Notes: generated by a model not told the origin, from the letters alone. Shown: positions 52,190-63,683, counted from the stretch's first letter. The stretch is DNA of 64,000 nt from Callorhinchus milii (GCF_018977255.1 NW_024704742.1:51400001-51464000); one strand, 5' to 3'. Program-made: numbers and translations.

Positions 52190-54016
52190 GTGCTGTGGGC
52201 TGGGCTGGCTATTGGGCTGGGCTGGTGGGCTGGGCTGGTGGGCTGGGGTGGTGGGCTGGGGTGGTGGGCTGTGCTGGGCTGGTGGGCTGGGCTGGTGGGC
52301 TGTGCTGTGCTGGCCTGTGGGCTGTGCTGTGCTGGCCTGTGTGCTGTGCTGGGCTGGTGGGCTGTGCTGTGCTGTGCTGGCCTGTGTGCTGGGCTGGCCT
52401 GTGTGCTGTGCTGGCCTGCGTGCTGTGCTGGGCTGTGTGCTGTGCTGTGCTGGCCTGTGTGCTGTGCTGGCCTGTGTGCTGTGCTGGGCTGCTGTGCTGG
52501 TGTGCTGTGCTGGGCTGTGTGCTGTGCTGTGCTGTGCTGGCCTGTGTGCTGTGCTGGCCTGTGTGCTGGGCTGTGTGCTGTGCTGGGCTGTGCTGGTGGC
52601 TGGCCTGTGTGCTGTGCTGGGCTGTGCTGGTGGCTGGCCTGTGTGCTGTGCTGGGCTGTGTGCTGTGCTGGGCTGTGCTGGTGGCTGGCCTGTGTGCTGT
52701 GCTGGGCTGTGCTGGTGGCTGGCCTGTGTGCTGTGCTGGGCTGTGCTGGTGGCTGGCCTGTGTGCTGTGCTGGCCTGTGTGCTGTGCTGGCCTGTGTGCT
52801 GGCCTGTGTGCTGTGCTGGGCTGTGCTGTGCTGGCCTGTGTGCTGTGCTGGGCTGTGCTGGTGGCTGGCCTGTGTGCTGTGCTGGGCTGTGTGCTGTGCT
52901 GGCCTGTGCGCTGTGCTGTGCTGGGCTGTGTGCTGTGCTGTGCTGGCCTGTGTGCTGTGCTGGCCTGTGCGCTGTGCTGTGCTGTGCTGGTGGCTGGCCT
53001 GTGTGCTGTGTGCTGTGCTGTGCTGTGCTGGGCTGTGCTGGTGGCTGGCCTGTGTGCTGTGCTGTGTGCTGTGCTGTGTGCTGTGCTGGGCTGTGCTGGT
53101 GGCTGGCCTGTGTGCTGTGCTGGCCTGTGTGCTGTGCTGTGCTGGGCTGGGCTGTGCTGGTGGCTGGCCTGTGTGCTGTGCTGGGCTGTGCTGTGCTGGC
53201 CTGTGTGCTGTGCTGGCCTGTGCGCTGTGCTGTGCTGGGCTGTGCTGTGCTGGGCTGTGCTGGTGGCTGGCCTGTGTGCTGTGCTGGGCTGTGTGCTGTG
53301 CTGGCCTGTGCGCTGTGCTGTGCTGGGCTGTGTGCTGTGCTGTGCTGGCCTGTGTGCTGTGCTGGCCTGTGCGCTGTGCTGTGCTGGTGGCTGGCCTGTG
53401 TGCTGTGTGCTGTGCTGTGCTGTGCTGGGCTGTGCTGGTGGCTGGCCTGTGTGCTGTGCTGTGCTGTGTGCTGTGCTGTGTGCTGTGCTGGGCTGTGCTG
53501 GTGGCTGGCCTGTGTGCTGTGCTGTGCTGTGTGCTGTGCTGTGTGCTGTGCTGTGCTGTGCTGGTGGCTGGCCTGTGTGCTGTGCTGTGTGCTGTGCTGT
53601 GCTGGGCTGGGCTGTGCTGGCCTGTGTGCTGTGCTGTGCTCTGTGCTGTGCTGTGCTGGCCTGTGCTGTGCTGTGTGCTGTGCTGTGCTGGCCTGTGCTG
53701 TGCTGTGTGCTGTGCTGTGTGCTGTGCTGGCCTGTGTGCTGGGCTGTGCTGTGCTGTGTGCTGTGCTGGGCTGTGCTGGCCTGTGTGCTGTGCTGGTGTG
53801 CTGTGCTGTGCTGGGCTGTGCTGTGTGCTGTGCTGTGTGCTGTGCTGGCCTGTGTGCTGTGCTGTGCTGTGCTGTGTGCTGTGCTGTGCTGGGCTGTGCT
53901 GTGCTGTGTGCTGTGCTGGGCTGTGGGCTGTGCTGTGTGCTGTGCTGTGCTGTGTGCTGTGTGCTGTGCTGTGCTGTGTGCTGTGCTGTGCTGTGCTGGG
54001 CTGTGCTGGTGGCTGG
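52190..54016. repeat. Pentamer-based (GCTGT/GCTGG) tandem array, about 1.8 kb
   Basis: Direct reading; mixed gctgt, gggct, ggcct, ggtgg units. Confidence 0.97.
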
Positions 54017-54222
54017 GAGCCATTGATCATGGTGAGGGCTGTGGGGCCGCTGTGTCAGGGCAGGAGCTGCACAATGACAACCCAACAGGTTGCAACACGA
54101 TTTCCACACCACCGAAATAGCGTTGCTACAACTAAACCACCACCACCACCACCACCAGCAGCAGCGGCGCAGGCGTAGCGTCCCTAACACCGCAGCCATA
54201 GTATCAGCGGTGTGCCCCCGGG

Positions 54223-54230
54223 TATAAATA
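54223..54230 (+). promoter_or_regulatory. Candidate TATA box of SPATA18
   Basis: TATAAATA within a CpG-rich stretch, 61-68 nt upstream of the ATG. Confidence 0.5.
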
Positions 54231-54290
54231 CTGTAGTGACTGACTGCCCTCCTGCAGGTGGAGCGGAGCCACACAGCGCTCCCCGGCCCC

Positions 54291-54377
54291 ATGGCTGAGC
54301 CTCTGCGGCGGATGGTCAGTGCGGCCACTTACAGACTACTGCAGAGCAGACTTGAAGCCTGGAGTAAGGACTACCCG
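54291..54377 (+). CDS. SPATA18: SPATA18 (Mieap, mitochondria-eating protein) exon 1
   Basis: MAEPLRRMVSAATYRLLQSRLEAWSKDYP|gtgagc, similar to vertebrate MAENLKRLVSNETLRTLQEKLDFWLKEY; CpG-rich context. Confidence 0.93.
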
Positions 54378-54426
54378 GTGAGCTGCACCCCTCACCCGGG
54401 CAGTGGCATCGCAACGTCTAGAAAAG

Positions 54427-55555
54427 TATATATATATATGTGTGTGTGTGTGTGTATATACGATATGCGTGTGTGTATGTATGTGTATATATACAATATG
54501 TGTGTGTGTATATATATGTGTGTGTGTGTATATATGCGCGTGTATGTATATATATATATACAATATGCGTGTGTGTATATATGTGTGTGTATGTGTATAT
54601 ATACAACGTGTGTATATATATGTGTGTGTGTCTATATGTGCATATAGACAATATGTGTGTGTGTATGTATTGTGTGTGTGTATGTTTTGTGTGTGTATAT
54701 ATATATATATGAGTGTGTGTGTATATATATGAGTGTGTGTGTGTATATGTGTGTGTATATATGAGTGTGTATATATGTGTGTGTGTATATGTGTGTATAT
54801 ATGTATGAGTGTGTGTATATATATGAGTGTGTGTGTATATATATGTGTGTGTATATATGAATGTGTGTGTGTATATATATATGTGTGTATTTATGAGTGT
54901 GTGTGTATTTATGAGTGTGTGTGTATATATATGTGTGTGTGTATATATGTGTGTATATATGAGTTTGTGTGTGTATATATATGTGTGTGTGTATATATGA
55001 GTGTGTGTGTGTATATGTGGGTGTGTATATATGAATGAGTGTGTGTATATGTGGGTGTGTATATATGAGTGAGTGTGTGTATATATATGTGTGTGTGTAT
55101 ATATGAGTGAGTGTGTGTGTATATATATGTGTGTGTGTATATATATGTGTGTGTATATATGTGTGTGTGTGTATATATGAGTGTGTATGTGTATATATGT
55201 GTGTGTGTATATATATGACTGTGTGTGTGTATATATATATGTGTGTGTGTATATATGAGTATGTATATATATGAGTGTATGTGTGTGTGTATATGTGTGT
55301 GCGTATATATGAGTGTGTGTGTGTATATATGTGTGTGTGTATATATATGACTGTGTGTGTGTATATATATATGTGTGTGTGTATATATATGAGTGTGTAT
55401 GTGTATATATGTGTGTGTGTATATATATGACTGTGTGTGTATATATATGTGTGTGTGTATATATGAGTATGTATATACATGAGTGTATGTGTGTGTGTAT
55501 ATATATGAGTGTGTGTGTGTATATGTGTGTGTATATATATGAGTGTATGTGTATA
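54427..55555. repeat. Compound (TG)n(TA)n microsatellite, about 1.1 kb, starting 50 nt into SPATA18 intron 1
   Basis: Direct reading. Confidence 0.97.
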
Positions 55556-56474
55556 AAGTAAACTCCTGTCATTGTAACATTGCTTTGGGTGATTGCAATG
55601 CGCTTTGATCGAACGCCAACGGATTTCTTTGCAACAGCGCATATGAATGAATTCATTGAGAGCTCACGGGCGGAGGCGGTGTTATTTGTTTTCAATGTAA
55701 ATGTGGGTTTCTGCACCAATAAAGCCACCGGCGGGGTCTCTCCTCCCCCGGTGGGTGGGGGGGGGTCTGCACCTTCGGACAGTGTTGTGGTGGTGCTATC
55801 AGCCCAGAATGATAATGTGATCCACTTTGTCGCTGTGATTGCAGTTTGCAAATGCAGTGCAATTGCAAAAAAAAAAAAGACAAAAAAAAAGACAAAAAAA
55901 AAAAAGAAAGACACCCACCCCCCCACGATGGCCACCAGCCTCCCGCTTATTTCCAGACTCTTAACGTTGCCCCAATGCGCATACGCGTCCTGGCAAAGTG
56001 CAGTCACTGACTTGCAGGGGTTAACCTGGAGATTTCCCGGGAGTTTGGTAACTAAGGACGCTCGTTGCTGTGGCGATTTGGAAATACATCCCCTGTGCAA
56101 AAAAAAAACCGATCCCACCGCAAAACTGCACTTTGTGCAGCGCCACCGAAGGCAAACCCCGCAGTGCTGTGCGTGTCAGTGGCCCATCAACCTGACTGTG
56201 TGCGCATTCCCTGCCACTGTGGTGGTTAGTCTTCATACAGCACTGGGACATGGGCAGATATTACAACCCAGTTCATGACTTTTTTTTTTCATGTCAGTTT
56301 AAAAGATTTCTGGCTTCCCCCCCCCCCCCCCACAAAAAAAAAATGCTCTACATCCTTTGAAGACAATTTGCCCTTTTTGTTATGTTATATCACGTCCCAT
56401 GTGTCGTGGGTTGTGGGGAACTTCACAGCCCAGGTCAGCCCAATCCTGCGGTTGTGCAATGCGCGTACAAATGC

Positions 56475-56835
56475 GGAGTCCCGTAGAGTAGTGGCTGGAG
56501 CGCTCGCCTCGCAAGTGAGAGGACTCGGGTTCGATTCCCGGGCAGGGCGAAACCTTCGACGAGTTTCCTGACTCCATACGCCTCTGTTTGCCTAACAGCA
56601 AGTAGGAATCTGGTTGTTAGTGGATTGGCTGATTGCTTTCCGGGGTAATAATTCCTAAAAAAAAGTGGTCACTCAATCCACAAGTGTTTGGGGGCACCTC
56701 TGTGCGCAATTGGCTGCCACGTTTTGCCTCCCAAAATACATAATTGATCCACTTCACAATACATTCTGTGAAGTCCTTTGAGATGTCTCAACAACATGAT
56801 AAGGCTCTATGTCAAATACAAGGATTATTATTATA
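56475..56835 (+). mobile_element. Full-length tRNA-derived SINE in SPATA18 intron 1
   Basis: ggagtcccgtagagtagtgg head, gggttcgattcccgg B box, body and tail. Confidence 0.92.
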
Positions 56836-58079
56836 ATTGTACTGTTCAACAAAGATGATTGGGAGAAGGAAACTTGTCTGATTCCACTCCCCCTCCCCAC
56901 ACCCAGAGTACTGAGGTGAGTTGTAGTGCTGTCCTGCCTCTTATCAGTTAACTCAGCACAACAACAACAAATTACATTTGTAGAGCGCCTTTCACATCAG
57001 GAGGATGTCCCAAGCACAGACCCAGCACAGGAATTGAACTTGTGACCTTAAAGGTCTAATTAGCTCTCATGATTAATTAGGATGAAGAGGCCCTACAGTC
57101 TATATGATCTTATCCTTCCAGAATAGCCACCCCACCATACTCCCATTGCAGCATCAAACTGTTTTCTTTAATGAGTCCAGTGTCCTGGCCTCATCCACCT
57201 TTACTGGCAACCTGTTTCAATTGTTAATTACCCTCTGGGTAAAGAAATAAACGTCCTTGTGTCTGGCCTGAAATTGCTCCCTATGTCCTCTGGTTCTACA
57301 GTGTTTATGTACTAGACTGTAGTTCAATTAATGACTTGAGTTATTGGAGAGCAATTATTTTTTGTTTCTACGCAGAAAGCATCTTGCATAAATTAATTGC
57401 CTCTTTACCTTGTAAAATTTAATTTAACAGCATGTAACTGCAATACAAAATTACATTTGTGTAGTGCCTTTCATGTCGGGAGGACGTTCCAAGGTGCTCG
57501 ACAGTCAGAGATTTGGACCCGATTGGGGAGGGTGGAGGATAAGAGGATAGCCAAAGGCTCGGTCGAAGAGGAGGGTTTTGAGACGCGCCTTAAAGGAGGC
57601 ATGGAGGGAGCAAGGCAGTATTATCCTGTATCATATGTGATGAATAACCTATCCCAGGTTGTACTTTTTACCCCAGTAACATAAGTGTGCAATCTTTGGG
57701 ATACTCTGTTATTCTACCCAATAGAATTAGTGCTCTTCTCCAGAGCATTAATTAGAGTTAAAACATTGGAGTACTAGGGCTTTTTAGGACAGTGCCTCAT
57801 GTGCAATTGGGATTTATAATATGTAGTTGCACAAAAATCCCTCAATTGTTTCAATTAGTTTTGAGAATTTGGGTCTCTAGGAAATCAGCATGTCTGTACA
57901 TAAGATAACTAACAAGGTTAATTCAAGGAAGCATTAATAATTGCCCAAACCATACAGAATGAGATATGAGAGTAATGTTATTTAAATATGAGATAGATCA
58001 GTGAGCATTTATTTTGATGGCAAAAATACAACCTTGCAAAAGAGCAGCTTCTCAGAATTCTGGGCAGTTATACTGCATG

Positions 58080-58470
58080 CAATACTAACCTTGCATTTGG
58101 TATAGTGCCTTTCGCTTGAGGACATCCCAAAGCACTTCACAGGATATACTAAACAGTGGAGTGACTGTGTAATTTCTGAGTGAACATGGCAGTCAGTTTT
58201 GCACACAGCAATGTCCCACAAACAGCCACTGATAGTTTTTATCATTTGAATGATAGTTGATTGAATTATAGAATGATAGTTTTTATTATTTGAGGATTGC
58301 TGGCCTGGATACTGGGTTTTAGAAACCCCCTCCACTTTTTAAATAGGATCTTTAACATCCATCTGAACAGGCCTCAGTTTAACGTCTCGTTTGAAGGATG
58401 GCACGCCTGACAATGCAGCACACTTCCAGCACAGCGAGAGTGTTACTAACTGAGCCAAGCTAACACACTA
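58080..58470 (-). mobile_element. Older Deu-domain SINE (SacSINE1/AmnSINE1-like); related copies at about 16310-16620(-), 33290-33630(+), 41325-41530(+)
   Basis: Motifs ggatctttaacatccatctgaacagg, cctcagtttaacgtctc, gaaggatggcac and gcacacagcaatgtcccacaaacagc, recalled from Deu-SINE consensus. Confidence 0.65.
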
Positions 58471-59593
58471 AAGACTCCACTCACTGGGAAGTGGAATGAA
58501 ACTGCCCAAATATTTAAATTCCTTCCAGGCATTGGACAAGAAGAAAGCTTTTATTCTTTTTATGAGCACTATGGCTGCATCACAATATTCACATCAATCT
58601 AAAATGTCCTTACAGACAGAGTACCAATGACAGAGATTTACAGCTGAAGAGAGTTGCACAGAGCCTGGAAATCTTCCATTTAATTGATGAGGAAGTGAAG
58701 CAAATGAATTGTAGTGGTGTCAATCAATGGGTGTCAGGCACGTTATTACAGGAAGGGATGAAGTCAGAGATATCATTTGCCTTATGGAAATTGCAACCTA
58801 ATTTACCCTTGAGAATAATCACATAGACAGTGGGCAGGATCTACAAATGCTTCAGTGAAGACTTTGGCTTGGTCAACTTATTTTTGTTATATTTATAGTT
58901 ACTCTAATGTACTCCTCCCTTGGTGAACTCTCTCCCTTAGGATAGCCTATAACTCAGCCTCTTGTATGCATAGGAGCTCTAGGGTAGAGTTAAGCAAGTC
59001 CTGCTGAAGCAGGGTTGTTAGAGCTTTGAGCTTTGAGCAGGCTTTGAGCTTGCACAGATTCTCCAGGTTCTCTTGTCCTCTGAGCAACCAGTGTGGTTAA
59101 TGCCATGAGACATCTGTCTGCCATATATACATCTATATTGTCTATATTATTAGGCCAATCCACACTACTGCATCAATTTTACATTTATATGGCTCCCTTC
59201 AGATCGAGAGGACATCTCAAAGCACAGAGCTGTCTGGGAGCACAAGCTGAGGGTGTGGAGGGTTGTGGGGGGGCGTGTGGGGGATGTGAGAGTAACCAAA
59301 AGTGCAAATCAAAAAGAAAGCTTTTAAGGTGGGCTTTAAAAATGGGGAGGGTGGGAGTGAGGGGACAAGGTGGAGGGAGTCCAGAATGGAGTCCCAGAGA
59401 GTGGGGTAGTATGGCTGATAGCTAACCCACCAATGATGGTCGGGCAGGAAGCAGACAAGATTTCGCTGAGCAGAGAGCATCTCGTGTGATATGGTTGCAG
59501 GAGGTTGCTAAGGTGGGTTGGGGGGGCTATATGCTTAGATAATGGGAGGGCTCTTTGTTTATTTTTCTTTTTTCCTCTTTTTCTGATTGACAG

Positions 59594-59699
59594 TTTAACA
59601 CGTGCGATCAGAACTTGAACCGATGCTGTGAACTGATTGAACTGACTTCAAAAGTCCAAGGACAGCTTTTCTCCATTTTCAATCTTGCGGCAAGTGAAG
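59594..59699 (+). CDS. SPATA18: SPATA18 exon 2
   Basis: gacag acceptor, G|gtattc donor; [35 protein letters not shown]. Confidence 0.95.
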
Positions 59700-60114
59700 G
59701 TATTCTGGTTTGATTCCACAATTCACAGCAGCATTCAAACTGACTTCTAGGAATCATTTAAATGAAAAATAAAAATTAAAAAAGGGGATGGGCATGGGAG
59801 TGGGACTAAATGGATAGCTCTTTCCAAGAGCTAGTACAGGCACAAGGGCTTGAGACGCACATCCACTGTCCATCAGTGAGGTGCTCTGATTCCAGATCAA
59901 TCGGAACCTTTATTTTAATTCATTCCTTGACTAACGTTTTCAAAACGAGAAACAAGACAAAATCTTCAATTGGTTTGTCAACTCTACTCACATCAATGTA
60001 GAAAGTGACCACTGAAACACGTTAATGGCTCATGCTTTTCATACAGTACACGTGCTATCTCCTTTTAAAATGTAGGATCTATGTTATGATAGAAACACAT
60101 TGTTTGTTTTCAAG

Positions 60115-60230
60115 GTGGCCTTTATTCTGGTGCTGGTACCATCAAATCCCGCTTCCTGCCATGGTTGGGGTCCAGCTTCACAGTTCTCTCTTCAAGGTTA
60201 AGCTCTGACACCAGCCTTGCCCTCTTTGAG
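60115..60230 (+). CDS. SPATA18: SPATA18 exon 3
   Basis: ttcaag acceptor, gtttgt donor; GGLYSGAGTIKSRFLPWLGSSFTVLSSRLSSDTSLALFE (conserved KSRxLPWL motif). Confidence 0.92.
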
Positions 60231-61199
60231 GTTTGTGAATCTACAAATGTGAATGATTTACGTTCAAAGAACTCGATTCTGATTACATGCATTGGAACGC
60301 AATCTGTAAAAGGAGAATTACTCCTTAACAATTAACAGATCGTAACCCTTATACCAACATGAGTAATTTGGAGAATCGTCACCCCATTTTTGAACCATGA
60401 TCAATTTGAAAAAAAAGTACACTCTTTGTTGAAAAAATATATTTTGAAAAAGAATTATATTTTGAAAAAATATATTTTGCTAAAAGTTAATTAAAATGTT
60501 TGAGCTCCCTTGGTTTCCCCAAATTTGTCTGAAATACTGTAGTTGTTTTCGGTCACTTAAAACGTGCTGAGAGGAGATTTGTAGCCTTGTTACAGCTTTG
60601 ATTACAATGATGATGATAATAACAATCCTTGCATTAATATAGCACCTTCCACGTCAGGAACATGACTCAAAGTGCTTCAGAGGATATATAATAATCCAAT
60701 TGCATTTTATATAATGCCTTAACACTTATCATGTTGTTGAGAAATCTCAAAGCGCTTCAGAGCATATGCTGTAAAGTGTAATGATGTATTTTGTGGGTGA
60801 ACATGCCGGTTAATCTGTGCACAGAATTTTCCCACAAAGAGCCATGAAGTGAATGATGAATTTTATTTGGGAAGATTGTTAGCCAAGACACTCCCTTACT
60901 AGGAGAAATTCCTCCTTCACCATGGTATTTCACATTTTCTACTTTTGCTGAAAGAACTCTGTGCTACTTGAGGCAGCCTTAAGGTACCCACTCCTCACTG
61001 CAGAAAATTAAAACAATAATGTGTGAGGTGGTTGAGAGGACAACAGAGGACAGCCTAATAAATAATGCAGCATCTTTTAGGTAAGGTGGTGGTGGGGGAG
61101 GAGGGTTGCAGGGTTTATCTTCATAATTATTTTAAAATTACAACTCCCACACACACATCACTACAGAAAACAACATTCAAGTTGTCCATTATAATACCT

Positions 61200-61376
61200 C
61201 AAAAAAGTATTTGGTCACTCAATCCACGACTGTTTGTGGGCACTGCTGTGCAAAATTGGCTGCTGCGTTTCACCCACAAAATATACAGTCAATTCACTTT
61301 ACAGCATATTCTATGAAGAGCTTTGAGAAGTCTCAATGAAGTGATAAGGCGCTATATGAAATGCAAGGATTATTAT
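61200..61376 (+). mobile_element. SINE 3' half ending just before the SPATA18 exon 4 acceptor
   Basis: Same family body and tail. Confidence 0.9.
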
Positions 61377-61392
61377 GGACTCTCGGTTTTAG

Positions 61393-61511
61393 GAGTCTGC
61401 TGAAAAAGATAAGAAACTGAGGGAACAAGCGGCAACTCACGAGCAGGAGATAGAAGAACTGGAGGCCGAGTTATCCACAACACGCCGTCACCTGGGAGCT
61501 ATCAAACAGGA
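61393..61511 (+). CDS. SPATA18: SPATA18 exon 4 (coiled coil)
   Basis: ttttag acceptor, GA|gtaagt donor; ESAEKDKKLREQAATHEQEIEELEAELSTTRRHLGAIKQ. Confidence 0.9.
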
Positions 61512-61673
61512 GTAAGTGATGTAGAACTGAGAAATTCTGGCTAATATTTTTTGTCTCTTAAAAAGATTCCCTTTATTTTACCCCAGTTAATATCAGTATG
61601 AACAGCCGTGTATTAGAATCTCAGCTAATACTTTTGTTTGACTAAATGCCTGTTGTCATTATCCTTGCTGTAG

Positions 61674-61769
61674 GTTAGCAGAAGCTCATCTACAATTGGA
61701 TGATACGCAGAACAAATCAACATCTGCATTCCTAGCAACAGAGGATGAAATCTTTCAACTGAGATCTGA
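61674..61769 (+). CDS. SPATA18: SPATA18 exon 5 (coiled coil)
   Basis: tgtag acceptor, GA|gtaaga donor; LAEAHLQLDDTQNKSTSAFLATEDEIFQLRS. Confidence 0.93.
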
Positions 61770-62089
61770 GTAAGATCCAAGTTGTGAATTGATGTTTAGT
61801 TTGTTATTTTTTCTTCGATACTTACCTGTGTTCAGTTCTGTGTACTTGTCTGTTAGTTAGCACATACTGTGATAAATAAATCAGTATTCTGAGATGCAGC
61901 ACTTAAAATGCTGGCTGCAGAGTTGGGAGCAATATTTGGGCCAGCTGGGAGGTAATCCAAGATTGCAGTGCTAAAATCTTAGTTCTCCTCTTCCCCCCTG
62001 GCTGGGCTTCAGGAATTGATCGAAAATGTATTTGACATACAATGGGGTGAAAGATGCTTGTTTCCTTACAGATTCAATGTGATCAACAA

Positions 62090-62490
62090 CACCAACAAAA
62101 TTACATTTGTAAAGCGCCTCTCACATCGGGAGGACGTCCCAAGGCGTTGGACAGACAACCAGTGTTTCAGAGCCGAGCTGGGGATCGGGAATGGGGAGGG
62201 TAGAGGGCAGGCGGTGAAGGAGGGTGATTGAAGGCAGAGTTGAAGAGGAGAGTCTTGAGATGGGTCTTGAAGGAGTGCAAGGCAGGGGATGAGGCGGAGG
62301 GACTAAGGGATGGAGTTCCAGAGAGTGGCGGTGGAGCAGGCGGGGGACATGAAACAGGACAGAACCCATTAAGTGGAAGGAGGGAGCAGGTTGGTAGGTT
62401 GTTAGGAGGTCACAGAGGTAGGGAGAGCGAGGCCATGGAAGGCTTTGAAGGTGAGGATCAGGATCTTGATGTGTATCCTCTGTGTGGTGG
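62090..62490 (-). mobile_element. L2 3' fragment in SPATA18 intron 5
   Basis: caacaaaattacatttgtaaagcgcctctcacatcgggaggacgtcccaaggcg plus L2 3' body. Confidence 0.85.
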
Positions 62491-62634
62491 GATCACATCA
62501 AATCTGTAATGAAAATCACATTTTAATCACTGTGCATATAAATGTAGTGATGACTGGGAATTGGGGAATTTCTGAGATTCTCCTGGCACTTTCTTTCAAA
62601 TATTTGAATCAAACCATTGTTGTGTCTTTTGCAG

Positions 62635-62769
62635 GCTGAGAGCTGCTCAGGAGCAAGCCAGGTGTTACAGACTGAAAGTGGATTTATTGGATGACTACGA
62701 GCGGCAGGTCAGACATCTGAAGGATGAAGTCGGATTTCTAAATGCAGAGAAATCCATGCTTCAGGACAG
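62635..62769 (+). CDS. SPATA18: SPATA18 exon 6
   Basis: ttgcag acceptor, AG|gtagag donor; LRAAQEQARCYRLKVDLLDDYERQVRHLKDEVGFLNAEKSMLQD. Confidence 0.93.
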
Positions 62770-63237
62770 GTAGAGTAGCGCATAAGATCTCAAGATTGAT
62801 TCAGATGAAGGCCATTCAGCCTTCACCGGAATTTCCCACAATACTGTCCTGCCATCATGGCATCAAATTGTTTTTTAAATGAGTCCAACGTCCCGCCTCA
62901 TCTATTCTTGCTGGTAACTTGTTGCAGTTGCTAATTACACTCAGGGTAAAGAAATACTTATCTGTGTCTTGTGAGATCAGCTCCAACTTTACACATGTTT
63001 ACCTATTGAGGAGCACTTTGGTTTGGCTTCCATGAAACAAGTGAATTTTCCTTCTTGAGGTTTTTGGACGAGGAGCAGAATGTGGTTTGACTTCAGGAAT
63101 TGGATGGTCTTAATCTGCGCCAGGTTTTCTCAGCTGAAGCTGATTCCTGGACTCAAGTATTCCAACAGTACCCAAAGTGTGCTTTGTAAAGTGATTTGTT
63201 AACACAGAAGCGTTGGTCTTTGCCATTGTGGTGTGTG

Positions 63238-63430
63238 ATATAATAATAATAATAATAATCCTTGCATTTTGATATAGCGCTTTCACGTCGGGAGGACGTC
63301 CCAAAGCGCTTCACAGAACACACTGTCAAGTGAATTGACTGTATATTTGTGGGCGAACGCGGCAGCCAATTGCGCACAGCAATGTCCCACAAACAGTCGT
63401 AGATTGAAAATGACCAATTTATTATTGTTT
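63238..63430 (-). mobile_element. SINE 3' half
   Basis: (ATT)n tail and body on the minus strand. Confidence 0.9.
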
Positions 63431-63472
63431 TGGTTTTGATATCTCTGATGCTGGTGGTCGCTTTTCTTTTAG

Positions 63473-63683
63473 AATCTCAGGGCGTCGTTCACCCATCCCT
63501 TTCCAATCTCTGACCACCCATTCACCATCCCACGCTAAGATGACCTGTGGTTCTCGCCACGCTCGGCTGGTTTCACGCTTCGGCAATCTTTATGCCAATG
63601 AACGACTGAACACACAAAACGCCCTCAGACGCTACGTTGATGACCTAGAAATGGTGCAGAAAATAATATTCATTGCCACCACG
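63473..63683 (+). CDS. SPATA18: SPATA18 exon 7 (gene continues beyond window)
   Basis: ttttag acceptor, gtaagt donor; ISGRRSPIPFQSLTTHSPSHAKMTCGSRHARLVSRFGNLYANERLNTQNALRRYVDDLEMVQKIIFIATT. Confidence 0.94.

Noticed and set aside
54121..54133. RFX X-box upstream of SPATA18 (gttgctacaac)
   Set aside because: The spacing is shorter than the canonical X-box, so it cannot be supported from sequence alone
48189..56118. Very long ORFs (566-838 aa) rich in Cys/Leu/Ala or His/Thr/Gln
   Set aside because: They are translations of stop-free tandem repeats, open in several frames and on both strands
55580..56278. 232-aa ORF in SPATA18 intron 1
   Set aside because: It has a non-ATG start, runs through poly-A and poly-G tracts and shows no recognisable domain
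56870..59001. p53 response element in SPATA18 intron 1 (SPATA18 is a p53 target in mammals)
   Set aside because: Only isolated half-sites were seen (AAACTTGTCT near 56870, AAGCAAGTCC near 58992), with no paired decamers
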